DNA from: Syntrophaceae bacterium CG2_30_58_14
GTDB taxonomy: Bacteria; Desulfobacterota; Syntrophia; Syntrophales; UBA5619
Assembly (NCBI GenBank): GCA_001873745.1
Contig: MNZQ01000045.1
Span: forward strand, 1 to 43,857
DNA: 43,857 bases
Reading direction: 5' to 3'
A program made the translations under genes and the position numbers. The notes beneath the pieces are model-generated. The model saw only the letters and a list, made by a program, of their open reading frames with translations, did not search any database and was not told the DNA's origin. Positions within the stretch are counted from its first letter, which is position 1; every line of letters begins with the position of its first letter. Below are positions 28,021 to 37,305 of the stretch, in pieces.

Positions 28021-28376
28021 GCAAACACCCCTTTCCCCCAAGCATACCATATCGCCAGGGCAAGGATTAGGACAAAGCACAACAGTGCGTAAAATTCATC
28101 CGGCCTTTCACCCTTCGCATAGTTCAACGCAACCGGGAAAAGGTAGAGTACGTCCACATCAAAGGCGATGAAGATGAGGGCATAGATGTAATAGTGCATG
28201 CCGTACCTTACCCAGGCGCTCCCGTAGGGTTCGATGCCGCACTCATAGGTATTGAGGGTTCTGGCCCCTTTTGTCCTTGGGGCCAGGATATAGGCGATGA
28301 TGATCGGGGCAAGTGTAAAAAGGAGGGCGACAACGATGAAAAGGGCTACCGGGGCAAATTCCTGCAAGCTATTCAT
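27996..28376 (-). CDS. nuoA: NADH-quinone oxidoreductase subunit A
   Basis: [28 protein letters not shown]; start 28376 (ATG) or 28388 (TTG). Confidence 0.94.
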   Translation of the reverse strand: MNSLQEFAPVALFIVVALLFTLAPIIIAYILAPRTKGARTLNTYECGIEPYGSAWVRYGMHYYIYALIFIAFDVDVLYLFPVALNYAKGERPDEFYALLCFVLILALAIWYAWGKGVFAWKRKFSQ

Positions 28377-28442
28377 AACGCCACTCAATCCAGGTCATTA
28401 TTTCACACGAAACAGATCAGAGGTTTACCACTGAACGGCGCG

Positions 28443-28471
28443 ACTATAATGACGGCAATTACGGTTGTCAA
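28443..28471 (-). promoter_or_regulatory. Sigma70-type promoter of the nuo-like operon
   Basis: TTGACA (28471-28466), 17 bp, TATAGT (28448-28443). Confidence 0.8.
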
Positions 28472-28532
28472 GAACTTTCTTCTCCAATGGTAAAAAAATC
28501 CCATCCGCTTGATTCTACAAGCATTGTGGAGA

Positions 28533-30257
28533 TCAAGAGAGAAGCAATCCCCAGACGCTGAATAGCAGGTAACTAAACAACACCAATAGAATAAATAGTT
28601 TAATAACGGGGCGGTGCGCGTCGGGGCTGAAATTTTCCTCACCCGCGGCGCCGGTAAACAGGGCCGCCGGGTTGCGACCGAACACCGCAAGCCTCTGTAC
28701 CGCGTAGTTCATCAGCCTCTCCACCCCGTTGAAGACAGCCTCGAGGTCTTCCAGGAAAATTCTCTGCACCCATCCCGCGGGTCTGCGGTAAAACCAGTCC
28801 ACATCCAGGGTAATGCCGGCTTCACCGGCGACTTTCTTGCGGAAAATCCAGAAGGCGGCAAAAGTGAAGAGCAGGATCTGCGAGGTCTCCACAACGTGGG
28901 GGAATGTATAGGGCGCAAAATGCACCGTGTAGGGCAGCATGTCGTATAACAGTCCGGGCGCCACCCCGTGTAAAATACAAAAAAAGGCCGCCGCCTCCAT
29001 TGCCAGATACATATTCCGCGGCGGGGGAAGCGGGGTTAAGCCCCGGTTCTCGCCGTACCACGTGAAGTAAGGCAATTTTAAGCCCACGGAAAGAAAGGTT
29101 CCCACGGAGGCCAGCAGCATAAGCAGCATGGCGATAGGGTAATGCGCCTCGCCCGCCGCCGCCACCACCATGGACTTGCTGATGAAACCATTGAAGAGGG
29201 GAAACCCGGAAATGGAAAAGGCGCCGATCATGTAGAACCATAAAATCAGGGGTTGCTTTTGCGCCAGTCCGCCGAGTTCCGTCAGTTTGCTTTTCCCCGT
29301 AGTCTGGAGGACCGCCCCGGCGCCCATGAAAAGCAATGCCTTGTATAAAATGTGACTGAATGCGTGGGCCGTGGCGCCATTGATCGCCAGCTCTGTGCCG
29401 ATGCCGGCGCCGGCCACCATGTAGCCCACCTGACTGATGATATGGTAGGCCAATATCTCCCGTATATCGTTGGCCAGGACCGCAAAGACCACGCCGTACA
29501 AGGTCATCAGGACGCCCAGCGCGATCAGGATCTCCCAGCCGGGAAAAATCCTCAAAAGGACATAAACGGCGGTCTTGGTGGTCAGGGCGCTTAAGAAAAC
29601 AGCCCCGGTTACCGTCGCTTTGGGATAGGCGTCAGGAAGCCAGGCGTGCAGGGGAATGACGGCGGCATCAAGGGCCACGCCCGCCAAAATCAGCCATGAC
29701 GAAAGAGAGCTTTGGGAAGTTAGTTGCTCAATAACGATGCTGCCCGTTTCTTGCGTATGGATCAGGATGCCCGCAAGGAGCAACCCTCCCCCGAAGAGGT
29801 GCATAAACAGATAGCGCATTCCCGCCCTTGCGGATTCCCGCGTACCCCTGGCCCAGATCAGGTAGGTGGAAGCCACAGCCATCAATTCCCCGAAGACAAA
29901 CATAGTTATAAAGTCGCCGGCAAAGGTTACCCCCAGCGCGCCCGTCGCGTATAAAAGGGCCGCCGTCTGCTGGCCTGTTTCCTTGATATGGAAGGCAAAG
30001 AGGCAGCCGATAAAGGTGATGAGGGCAAATATCACCCCGAAAATTCTGCTCAACCGATCGACCTTATATACGACAAGCTGATAATCCATCAGTTCCATGG
30101 TAAGGTGAGTGCCTGAGGGCGCCAGCCAGACAAGCGCCAGGGCGAGGAGGGGAGCCAGGAGCGAAAAAGTGGACCGAAAACTGCGGGGCAGCAGGGGCAG
30201 CAAAAGGGCGCCCGCGAGCATGATCAGGGCCGGAGGAAACGTTGCTTCAATCGGCAT
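28533..30257 (-). CDS. mrpD: Mrp Na+/H+ antiporter subunit D (third, long form)
   Basis: FGELMA, PLHAWLPDAYPKA, TTKTAVY, LAYHIISQVGYM; start at MPIEAT overlapping the small gene; paralog of 20197..21954. Confidence 0.88.
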   Translation of the reverse strand: MPIEATFPPALIMLAGALLLPLLPRSFRSTFSLLAPLLALALVWLAPSGTHLTMELMDYQLVVYKVDRLSRIFGVIFALITFIGCLFAFHIKETGQQTAALLYATGALGVTFAGDFITMFVFGELMAVASTYLIWARGTRESARAGMRYLFMHLFGGGLLLAGILIHTQETGSIVIEQLTSQSSLSSWLILAGVALDAAVIPLHAWLPDAYPKATVTGAVFLSALTTKTAVYVLLRIFPGWEILIALGVLMTLYGVVFAVLANDIREILAYHIISQVGYMVAGAGIGTELAINGATAHAFSHILYKALLFMGAGAVLQTTGKSKLTELGGLAQKQPLILWFYMIGAFSISGFPLFNGFISKSMVVAAAGEAHYPIAMLLMLLASVGTFLSVGLKLPYFTWYGENRGLTPLPPPRNMYLAMEAAAFFCILHGVAPGLLYDMLPYTVHFAPYTFPHVVETSQILLFTFAAFWIFRKKVAGEAGITLDVDWFYRRPAGWVQRIFLEDLEAVFNGVERLMNYAVQRLAVFGRNPAALFTGAAGEENFSPDAHRPVIKLFILLVLFSYLLFSVWGLLLS

Positions 30258-30468
30258 CGTAGTAATCCTCCCTTTTGCGCAAAAAGAGTTTACCCAGCGA
30301 TTTGGCAAAGAAAACAATTAATAAACAGCCGATAAAACCCAAGAGGCCAAAGAAAGCCGGGATGCGGTTCCACCACGCATCATGAGCAACGTCAGGGGGC
30401 ATCGTGAATCCCGCCAGGAGAGAAACAATGGTCATGATGCCCAGTAATATCCACCGCCATCTCTTCAT
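30247..30468 (-). CDS. Small two-TM Mrp-associated subunit
   Basis: 73 aa, WWNRIPAFFGLLGFIGC, LRKREDYYD. Confidence 0.85.
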   Translation of the reverse strand: MKRWRWILLGIMTIVSLLAGFTMPPDVAHDAWWNRIPAFFGLLGFIGCLLIVFFAKSLGKLFLRKREDYYDAD

Positions 30469-31967
30469 GGGACGATCCCTCCCAATATGCTGCCGCTTAC
30501 GGCGGCAGCAAGGCGATAAAAGTGAAAAAACAGATCGGGATTAAGTCCCAAAAGCAGGGACAAAAGCGCCGTAATCAAGAGGGGGATGACCATGGCGTAA
30601 GACGCCTCTCCATGTTCGTAAGGAACAGGAGGAGTTTTGAGAAAGGCGCGGTAAATAATGGGCGCAAAATATCCTGCGTTGAGAAGCCCGCTCAGCACCA
30701 GGATAGCCAATGGCAGCGCCTCGCCGGCCTGCAAAGAACCCAGCCCCAACTGCCATTTGCTGACGAAGCCACTGATCGGCGGTATGCCCGCCAGGCCAAC
30801 GGCGCCCACCGTGAAGGCGCCCATGGTCCAGGGCATAACCCTGCCGATGCCGTCCAGTTCGCTGATCTTTTCCTTATGGTGCCTGACGTAAATGGCGCCG
30901 GCGCAAAAAAACAGCGTGATCTTCATCGTGGCATGATTGGCGATATGCAGCAACCCGCCGGTAAGCGACGCCGGGGAAAGCAGGGCCGCTCCCAGAACGA
31001 TATAGGAGAGGTGTCCCACGGTGGAGTAGGCCAGACGTTGTTTGAGATTATCCTGCTGAAAGGCAAGCAGGGAAGCCAGAATGATGGTTACGCCCGCGAC
31101 GGTCGCCAAAAAAATATTCAAGCCGAATTGATGCATCAGCGCCGGTCCAAAGACAAACCCGACGACCCTTACAACCCCGAACACGCCCGATTTGACCACC
31201 GCCACGGCGTGCAGCAGGGCGCTGACCGGGGTGGGGGCGACCATGGCCGCGGGAAGCCAACTGTGCAGGGGCATGACGGCGGCCTTTACCCCGACCCCGC
31301 CGATAAAAAGGAGAAATAAAGCCGTAATCGCGGCCGGGGAAAAGGAGGCGTCGCCGAACAGACCGCCGGCCCGGAAGTCCAAAGTGCCCGCTATTCGGTA
31401 TGTCCAGGCCGTGGCGGCGATCAGCAGGGCGCCCGCCGTAAGGGTATAGACGAGATATTTTCTGCCTGCGGAAATGGCGATTTTCGTTTCCTTGTGAATC
31501 ACCAGCGGATAGGTGGCGATGGTCAGGATTTCATAAAAAAAGACAAAGGTGAGCAGATTGGCGGCAAAGGCAACGCCGATGGTTGCGGAAAGGCAGACGG
31601 CAAAACTGGCAAAGTAGCGGGTCTGCTTGCGCTCCTTGAGTCCGCGCACATAACCGATGGAATAAATGGAGGTAAGGATCCATAAGCCGGAGGCGATCAA
31701 CGCAAAAAAAACACCGAATTGGTCCGCTTTCAACGCCAGGGAGATTCCGGGCGATATCTCCCAGAAGGTGAACGCGGCAATCCGTCCGGCCAGGGCGCCG
31801 GGCAACAGCATAAAAACGAGGGAAAACTTTATTATGCTTGCCGCGAGCGTCCAGAATTCACGCAGGATGGCATGCCGGGAGCTGAGCATAATCAACGGCG
31901 CCGCGATCAGCGAAACCAGCACGGCATAAAGCGGTATGGTGGAGCTGTAAATTTCCGGAGATGTCAT
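30465..31967 (-). CDS. mrpD: Mrp Na+/H+ antiporter subunit D (second)
   Basis: FYEILT, KAAVMPLHSWLPAAMVAPTPV, LLHAVAVVK, KITLFFCAG; paralog of 22205..23674. Confidence 0.9.
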   Translation of the reverse strand: MTSPEIYSSTIPLYAVLVSLIAAPLIMLSSRHAILREFWTLAASIIKFSLVFMLLPGALAGRIAAFTFWEISPGISLALKADQFGVFFALIASGLWILTSIYSIGYVRGLKERKQTRYFASFAVCLSATIGVAFAANLLTFVFFYEILTIATYPLVIHKETKIAISAGRKYLVYTLTAGALLIAATAWTYRIAGTLDFRAGGLFGDASFSPAAITALFLLFIGGVGVKAAVMPLHSWLPAAMVAPTPVSALLHAVAVVKSGVFGVVRVVGFVFGPALMHQFGLNIFLATVAGVTIILASLLAFQQDNLKQRLAYSTVGHLSYIVLGAALLSPASLTGGLLHIANHATMKITLFFCAGAIYVRHHKEKISELDGIGRVMPWTMGAFTVGAVGLAGIPPISGFVSKWQLGLGSLQAGEALPLAILVLSGLLNAGYFAPIIYRAFLKTPPVPYEHGEASYAMVIPLLITALLSLLLGLNPDLFFHFYRLAAAVSGSILGGIVP

Positions 31968-31980
31968 TGCCTGATAGCCG

Positions 31981-33495
31981 TTACATACCCAACGGGATGA
32001 TCCGTTGAATAACCTCCTTCACGATATTTGCGTTCCATAAACCGATCAAGAGCAGGGAAAAGGAGAGAATCACTACGGGCATCATCAGAGAATATTCCTC
32101 CTCGCCGATAAGGGACCCCTTCCTCTTTTCCCCATCCGGGGAGAGGTTTTCACCCGCCGCTGGCGCCGGAGGCGGCGCAAGATAAACCTTCTCCAGGATC
32201 CGGAAGAAATAGACGGCATTTAGCAGACTGCTGATAAGAATAACCGCCAGAAACACCCAGTTTCCCTTGTCAATAGCCCCCAGGGCCAGGTACCACTTGC
32301 TGAAAAAGCCGGCCGTGGGGGGAAGGCCGATCATGGAAAGCGCGGCCAAGGTAAAAGCGGCCATGCTCCAGGGCAATTTTTTTCTGTAAGAGGCATCGAA
32401 CCGGGAGATATCCGAATGACCGAAGCGCTTCCTCAGGTTGGCGGCCACGAGGAACAAGGTCCCCTTCATAAAGGCATGATTCAAAATGTGAAGCACCGCG
32501 CCTATGTAGCCGAGGGGATTCGCCAGTCCTATTCCCAGACCGATATAGCCGATCTGGGCAATGCTGCTGTAGGCCAGCATCCTTTTCAGCTCTTTTTGGG
32601 CCATCGCCAGCACCGATCCGTAGAGGATGCCGATGGCCGCAAGCCAGGCGATCAAGTCCGTAATCGGCAAGGATTGGCTTACAAATTTAACGCCGAAGAC
32701 AAAAAAAAGGACGCGAATAATCACATAGGCGGCGACTTTTGTACCGATGGGGGCGATAAGCGCCGATGAAGTTGACGGGGCATAGGTATAGGCATCAGGC
32801 AGCCAGCCATGGAGGGGGAAGATGGCCATCTTGATCCCCATGCCGATGACCATGAACGAAAGGGCGGCCGCTACGGCAGGATTTCCGTAAACCAGAGGGA
32901 GGATGTTCCTGACATCCGCCATGTTCAGAGAACCGGTGACGATGTAGAGAAAACCAAGCCCCAGGAGATAAAAGGACGCCCCGATCGTTCCCATGATCAG
33001 GTAGCGAAAAGCGGCAACCGGCGCCTGCTTCTCGCCGATGCCGATCAGCCCGTACATGGACAAGGAGAAAATTTCCAGGAATACATAGAGGTTGAACAGA
33101 TCGCCCGTGACGATGATGCCGTTTGCGCCGCAGAGAAACAGCAGGGTCAGCGCATAGTAGGGAACCGATTTCCCCGGAATCTCCCTTCCCTGTATGCCGC
33201 TCGAATGCCAGAGAACAAAAAAGGCGACGACATTGACCACCACCGCAATAAATGAGGAGAGGGGATCCAGCACATATTCGATCCCGATCGGGGGGAACCA
33301 GCCGCCGAAATGGTAGGTCAGCGGACCGTTTCCCCAGACGCGGAAAACATTGTAGCAAGAGATGACCACGGAAAGCAGAGAGGCAGCCATGGCTAACGGA
33401 TAGGCCACTTTTGCTTTCTTGATCGCCAATACGGGAATGGAGATCGCCGTTGACAACAGCAGTAAAGGGACCAAAGCGGGCGAGTTATGTAACAT
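31981..33495 (-). CDS. mrpD: Mrp Na+/H+ antiporter subunit D (first)
   Basis: GGWFPPIGIE, TGDLFNLYVFLEI, KMAIFPLHGWLPDAY, LKRMLAYSS; TGATG overlap with mrpC. Confidence 0.92.
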   Translation of the reverse strand: MLHNSPALVPLLLLSTAISIPVLAIKKAKVAYPLAMAASLLSVVISCYNVFRVWGNGPLTYHFGGWFPPIGIEYVLDPLSSFIAVVVNVVAFFVLWHSSGIQGREIPGKSVPYYALTLLFLCGANGIIVTGDLFNLYVFLEIFSLSMYGLIGIGEKQAPVAAFRYLIMGTIGASFYLLGLGFLYIVTGSLNMADVRNILPLVYGNPAVAAALSFMVIGMGIKMAIFPLHGWLPDAYTYAPSTSSALIAPIGTKVAAYVIIRVLFFVFGVKFVSQSLPITDLIAWLAAIGILYGSVLAMAQKELKRMLAYSSIAQIGYIGLGIGLANPLGYIGAVLHILNHAFMKGTLFLVAANLRKRFGHSDISRFDASYRKKLPWSMAAFTLAALSMIGLPPTAGFFSKWYLALGAIDKGNWVFLAVILISSLLNAVYFFRILEKVYLAPPPAPAAGENLSPDGEKRKGSLIGEEEYSLMMPVVILSFSLLLIGLWNANIVKEVIQRIIPLGM

Positions 33496-33869
33496 CACGA
33501 TGACTTCATCCGTTCCATCAGGACCGATTCGTCTAATGTTTTGTAATGACGGTAGATTACAATCGCCAACGAGAAGGCGACGCCGCTTGTCGCCACGCCC
33601 ACCACAATGGCGGTCAGCATCAGGCAGTGCTGCAACGGGCTGATGTACTTTGCCGCATCGACAACGCCTGTTACGGGATCGAGTACAGGAACCGTCGCCG
33701 ACCACTTCACGGCGCTGGCCACGTAAAACATGATAATGGAAACCTGGAAAATGGTCATCCCAATCAATTTCTTCGCCAGATTATTTTTAAAAATCATTCC
33801 ATAAAGGCCGATAATCAGCAGGGCGATGATGCTCCAATAGACATAATGGCCAAAAATGAAATCAGTCAT
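33495..33869 (-). CDS. mrpC: Mrp antiporter subunit C
   Basis: NLAKKLIG, PLQHCLMLTAIVVG. Confidence 0.92.
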   Translation of the reverse strand: MTDFIFGHYVYWSIIALLIIGLYGMIFKNNLAKKLIGMTIFQVSIIMFYVASAVKWSATVPVLDPVTGVVDAAKYISPLQHCLMLTAIVVGVATSGVAFSLAIVIYRHYKTLDESVLMERMKSS

Positions 33870-34302
33870 GGGGATAGCCTTCCAGCAAATCGTCGTAGAT
33901 GGCGACCAAAATGGCCATCACGGCCAGACCGACACCGATTTCCACCATCAGGATGCCCAGGGCGCGAAGCCCGGCTTCGGTGAAGCCGGCGAAAGGGAGG
34001 AAACCATAGTTCAAGAACTCTCCCCCCGAAATCATAGCAAGAAAGCCGGTACCGAAGTAGATCAGAACGCCGATCGACCCCAACGGCGTCCCCAGAATTC
34101 TCTTGAATTGAATCTGAGCGATGTCAAAACCGGCGGCCAGACGAATCAGCAGCAGGGCCGCGGCAAGCAGAGTGCCGCCCTGGAAGCCCCCCCCGGGGCT
34201 GTAATGGCCGTGAAAGATGACATAAAGGCCAAAAATCATGATAAAAGGGGAAACGACGCGGCTTACCATCAATATGATCGGATTGTATTTATGTTTGCGC
34301 AT
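33862..34302 (-). CDS. mrpB: Mrp antiporter subunit B (MnhB domain)
   Basis: HGHYSPGGGFQGG, EIGVG. Confidence 0.92.
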   Translation of the reverse strand: MRKHKYNPIILMVSRVVSPFIMIFGLYVIFHGHYSPGGGFQGGTLLAAALLLIRLAAGFDIAQIQFKRILGTPLGSIGVLIYFGTGFLAMISGGEFLNYGFLPFAGFTEAGLRALGILMVEIGVGLAVMAILVAIYDDLLEGYPHD

Positions 34303-34633
34303 CGGCGCCCGCCTTCAGTGGTTTTTTATCGTCCCGATTTGTTCTCCTCTTCCGTAATACAAGGTAACAGATCAGCCCGGCCGTCAGGATCACGGTTTCC
34401 TCGCCGAGGGTGTCGTAACCCCGGTAATCCGCCAGAATGACCGTGACCATGTTCAGAGTTTCCGCGTCCCGGTAAGCGTTGCGAATGTAGTATGACGACG
34501 CCCCCCAAGACCCTGCCGGGCTTTTCTCCCGGTGCATGACGGCATCCCCGTCGCCGCGGTTGGGCAATCCCAGGGAGGCATAGATCAGCAAGGCCCCGAA
34601 AGAGATCAAGAGAAGCCAGTTGACTATCTTCAA
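34289..34633 (-). CDS. Mrp subunit, MbhE-like
   Basis: NMVTVILADYRGYDTLGE motif otherwise found in the MrpA C-terminal region/MbhE. Confidence 0.88.
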   Translation of the reverse strand: MKIVNWLLLISFGALLIYASLGLPNRGDGDAVMHREKSPAGSWGASSYYIRNAYRDAETLNMVTVILADYRGYDTLGEETVILTAGLICYLVLRKRRTNRDDKKPLKAGADAQT

Positions 34634-34875
34634 TCGCCGCTCCTCCTTGAGGTTTGAAAAATCAGGACTACAAAAAAGATTCCGGTTACACCCGCGCCGA
34701 CGACAGCCTCCGTAAAACCTACGTCAATTGCGCCCATAACGGTATAAATCAGGGCGGATATGAAGCTGAAGGCGCTCAGGGTAACGACTGCGGCAAGGAG
34801 GTCTTTGATGTAAAGAGAAATCAGGGCGGTGATGATCAGGAAAACAAAAAGAAGCGCTTCTATTTCCCAGTACAT
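34630..34875 (-). CDS. Mrp subunit, MbhD/DUF4040-like
   Basis: KDLLAAV, GAIDVGFTEAVVGAG; three TMs. Confidence 0.88.
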   Translation of the reverse strand: MYWEIEALLFVFLIITALISLYIKDLLAAVVTLSAFSFISALIYTVMGAIDVGFTEAVVGAGVTGIFFVVLIFQTSRRSGD

Positions 34876-34878
34876 GGT

Positions 34879-35196
34879 CTAATCCGCCTTTCCCGCGTTT
34901 TTCCTGAACCAGGGTTTCAGCCCGCTGCGGAGCGCCGCGTTGGCAAGGGCATGGGTGCCCGTGGGATTCGTGAGAAAAACAAAGACGAGGGCAAAAAACA
35001 GCTTGGCGCTGTTGAGGGTGAAGCCCTCGATCAAAATCATTCCGAAGATCACGAGCATGATGCCGAGCGTGTCGCTTTTCCCGGTGGCATGATTCCGGCA
35101 GTAGAAGTCAGGGAGTCGTATCAATCCTATGCTGCCAACCAGCAGGAAAAAAGCGCCTCCGATAACCGCCGTCATGCCCAGGATGTTTCCAATCAT
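34879..35196 (-). CDS. mrpG: Mrp antiporter subunit G
   Basis: GLIRLPDFYCRNHATGKSDTLG, NPTGTHALA. Confidence 0.93.
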   Translation of the reverse strand: MIGNILGMTAVIGGAFFLLVGSIGLIRLPDFYCRNHATGKSDTLGIMLVIFGMILIEGFTLNSAKLFFALVFVFLTNPTGTHALANAALRSGLKPWFRKNAGKAD

Positions 35197-35465
35197 TCTT
35201 TCTCTTTCTCGGCTCCCAGAAATTTTGCGATGGCGATGGCGCCAATAAAATTGAGAACGGCATATGCCAGGGTAATATCGACAAACATGTCGAATCTGTT
35301 GAAAATAAAACCGATCGCGAGGATGAGCACCATCGTTTTGGTGCCTATCGCCCCGGCGCCGAGCATCCGGTCAAAGATCGTGGGACCCTTGACGACCCGG
35401 TAAAGGGGGATGAAGATGATAACGGTCAATACAATGGTGTAGTAGAGAAAGAATTTATCCATCAT
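35193..35465 (-). CDS. mrpF: Mrp antiporter subunit F
   Basis: RVVKGPTIFDR, VDITLAYAVLNFIG. Confidence 0.93.
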   Translation of the reverse strand: MMDKFFLYYTIVLTVIIFIPLYRVVKGPTIFDRMLGAGAIGTKTMVLILAIGFIFNRFDMFVDITLAYAVLNFIGAIAIAKFLGAEKEKE

Positions 35466-36031
35466 ATATCGGCTTCGTTTTTGATCACTTCAACATCCCT
35501 GACAACCTGCCCCGGTCTCCTTGCATAAAGTTTTGCAACCTCTCCCGGCAGGGTTCCGTCAATGATGCCCGAGCAAGAAATATCCATCAGGGAGTGGACC
35601 AGAAACTTCTCCTGCTCGATTTCCAGGGTTATGGTTCCCGGGGTCAGCGTAATGGAATTTCCGAGGATCACTTTCGCGCTTGTATTGACAAGCCCTGTTT
35701 TAAAACGGACCAATGCAGGGTCGATGGGACATTTGGGATGCAAGACGACGAAGGCCACCTGCATGCTTGCAATGATGATCTGCCAGAGCAGCCAGGGAAT
35801 ATAATAGATCAGTCTCCGGATACGGAAAAGCTGGTCGTTCGAGTGCTGTTCCATCGCAAGAAGACGTCTTCTCAAGGGATAATGGATGGAGATGATCACG
35901 GCGACGGAAAAAACTCCGAACGAGATATGCATCCAATCGTAATGACCACTCAAAAGCAGCCAGAAGATCATCAGCATGGCGGCTTGAATGATGGTGTTTC
36001 GTAAAAAGCGTGATTTACGTAGAGATCTCAT
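35462..36031 (-). CDS. mrpE: Mrp antiporter subunit E
   Basis: FWLLLSG, YIPWLLWQI, GNSITLTPGT, LVHSL. Confidence 0.93.
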   Translation of the reverse strand: MRSLRKSRFLRNTIIQAAMLMIFWLLLSGHYDWMHISFGVFSVAVIISIHYPLRRRLLAMEQHSNDQLFRIRRLIYYIPWLLWQIIIASMQVAFVVLHPKCPIDPALVRFKTGLVNTSAKVILGNSITLTPGTITLEIEQEKFLVHSLMDISCSGIIDGTLPGEVAKLYARRPGQVVRDVEVIKNEADI

Positions 36032-36161
36032 TTTTTTAAAAAGCCACGATAATCAGTGCCGTAAAAAGGGCCGTTGCCGATTCGCCCGTTGTTCTTCGCT
36101 TTGCCTGAAAGCGGCCATCCCAGCGGACGCCTGTTGAAAAAAGCCGCCCAAAACCGTGGGC

Positions 36162-36190
36162 GTGCTATCAGAGATCGCATCCTGTGTCAA
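36162..36190 (-). promoter_or_regulatory. Probable sigma70-type promoter of the mrp operon
   Basis: TTGACA (36190-36185), 17 bp, TAGCAC preceded by TGn (extended -10). Confidence 0.45.
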
Positions 36191-36193
36191 GCG

Positions 36194-36787
36194 CTAATTC
36201 CCCGCCGCCAATTCCCTGCTAATCTCCCGCCAGAGGAGCTCCTTTCCCTCGCCCGTTTTCGCGGAGAAGGTCATGAGCGCCGGTTCCGGAGAAAAGCGGA
36301 TCTGCTCTTCGATCCGGCGCCGCCGGTTCGCGAACTCATTTTTCGACACCTTGTCCGTCTTCGTCAGGCAGATGAGGAAACGGATGCGGTAGAATTGCAG
36401 CCACTGCATGAGTTGCAGGTCCTCCCCCGACGGATCCCGCCGGACGTCGAGAATCACGACGACAAGCCGCAGGGTGTCGCGCTCCCGGAGGTAGGTCTCG
36501 ACCATCGGCCCCCACTGTTTTCGGATCGCCTCGGGGACCTTCGCGTACCCGTATCCGGGCAGATCGATGAAGGCGAACCGTTCGTTGACGCGGAAGAAAT
36601 TGATCTCCTGCGTCCGCCCCGGCGTATTGCTGGTCCGGGCGAGCCCCTTCCGGTTCAGCAGGGTGTTGATGAGGGAGGATTTCCCCACGTTGGATCGCCC
36701 GGCAAAGGCGATCTCGGGAAGCCCGGCGGGCGGATAATGGGCCGGCTCTTTCGCGGAGAGCACAAACTCGGCGGATAGAATTTTCAT
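36194..36787 (-). CDS. engB: Ribosome biogenesis GTPase YihA/YsxC
   Basis: EIAFAGRSNVGKSS, TSNTPGRT, DLPGYG, TKTDK, FSA. Confidence 0.96.
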   Translation of the reverse strand: MKILSAEFVLSAKEPAHYPPAGLPEIAFAGRSNVGKSSLINTLLNRKGLARTSNTPGRTQEINFFRVNERFAFIDLPGYGYAKVPEAIRKQWGPMVETYLRERDTLRLVVVILDVRRDPSGEDLQLMQWLQFYRIRFLICLTKTDKVSKNEFANRRRRIEEQIRFSPEPALMTFSAKTGEGKELLWREISRELAAGN

Positions 36788-36813
36788 AATCGGCGACCTC
36801 TTTGCACAGGCGT

Positions 36814-36854
36814 AAAAAAGATCCCCTGAAAAGACGCCGAGCTTCTCAGGGGAC
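36814..36854 (-). terminator. Rho-independent terminator after rnpB
   Basis: Minus strand GTCCCCTGAGAAG...CTTTTCAGGGGAT followed by a T run. Confidence 0.75.
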
Positions 36855-36868
36855 TGAGGAAAAGGGAA

Positions 36869-37252
36869 GGTGTCCGAGCAGATCGTAAGCCGAATCCTGT
36901 TCCGCCTCCCGGTCGCCCGGGGGGCGGCGATGATCATTCCTCTTAGGACGGCCGTTGCCGGCCGCCTCAAGCGACACAACCCGAGAACATGGGGGCGGGC
37001 CGCCCCGTTCTCCTATTTGGTCTTGCTCCGGATGGGGTTTACCAAGCTTTCCCGGTCACCCGGGAAACTGGTGAGCTCTTACCTCGCCTTTTCACCCTTA
37101 CCCCTCCTGAAGCGGAGGGGCGGTATCTTTTCTGTGGCACTTTCCTTAGGGTTGCCCCCAGTCGCCGTTAGCGACCATCCTGCCCTGTGGAGTTCGGACT
37201 TTCCTCCGCTCCGGTCACCCGGACCGGCGATCATCCGCTCTGCTCCGACACC
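36869..37252 (-). ncRNA. rnpB: RNase P RNA (bacterial class A)
   Basis: GAGGAAAGUCCGAACUCCACAG near the 5' end, AGUGCCACAGAAA, GGUAAACCCC, ACAGGAUUCGGCUUAC near the 3' end; P1 pairing GGUGUCGGAGCAGA/UCUGCUCGGACACC. Confidence 0.97.
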
Positions 37253-37270
37253 CTTTTTCAATGATCCTTT

Positions 37271-37305
37271 CAGCCTTTATCCTTCAGCCTTTATTCATCA
37301 ACCGT
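37271..37305. repeat. Degenerate heptamer tandem repeat
   Basis: CAGCCTT TATCCTT CAGCCTT TATTCAT CAACCGT. Confidence 0.6.

Noticed and set aside
36032-36160. Na+/Li+ or c-di-GMP riboswitch in the mrp leader
   Set aside because: Only short hairpins seen; no consensus I could match by eye. An Rfam/Infernal scan would decide.
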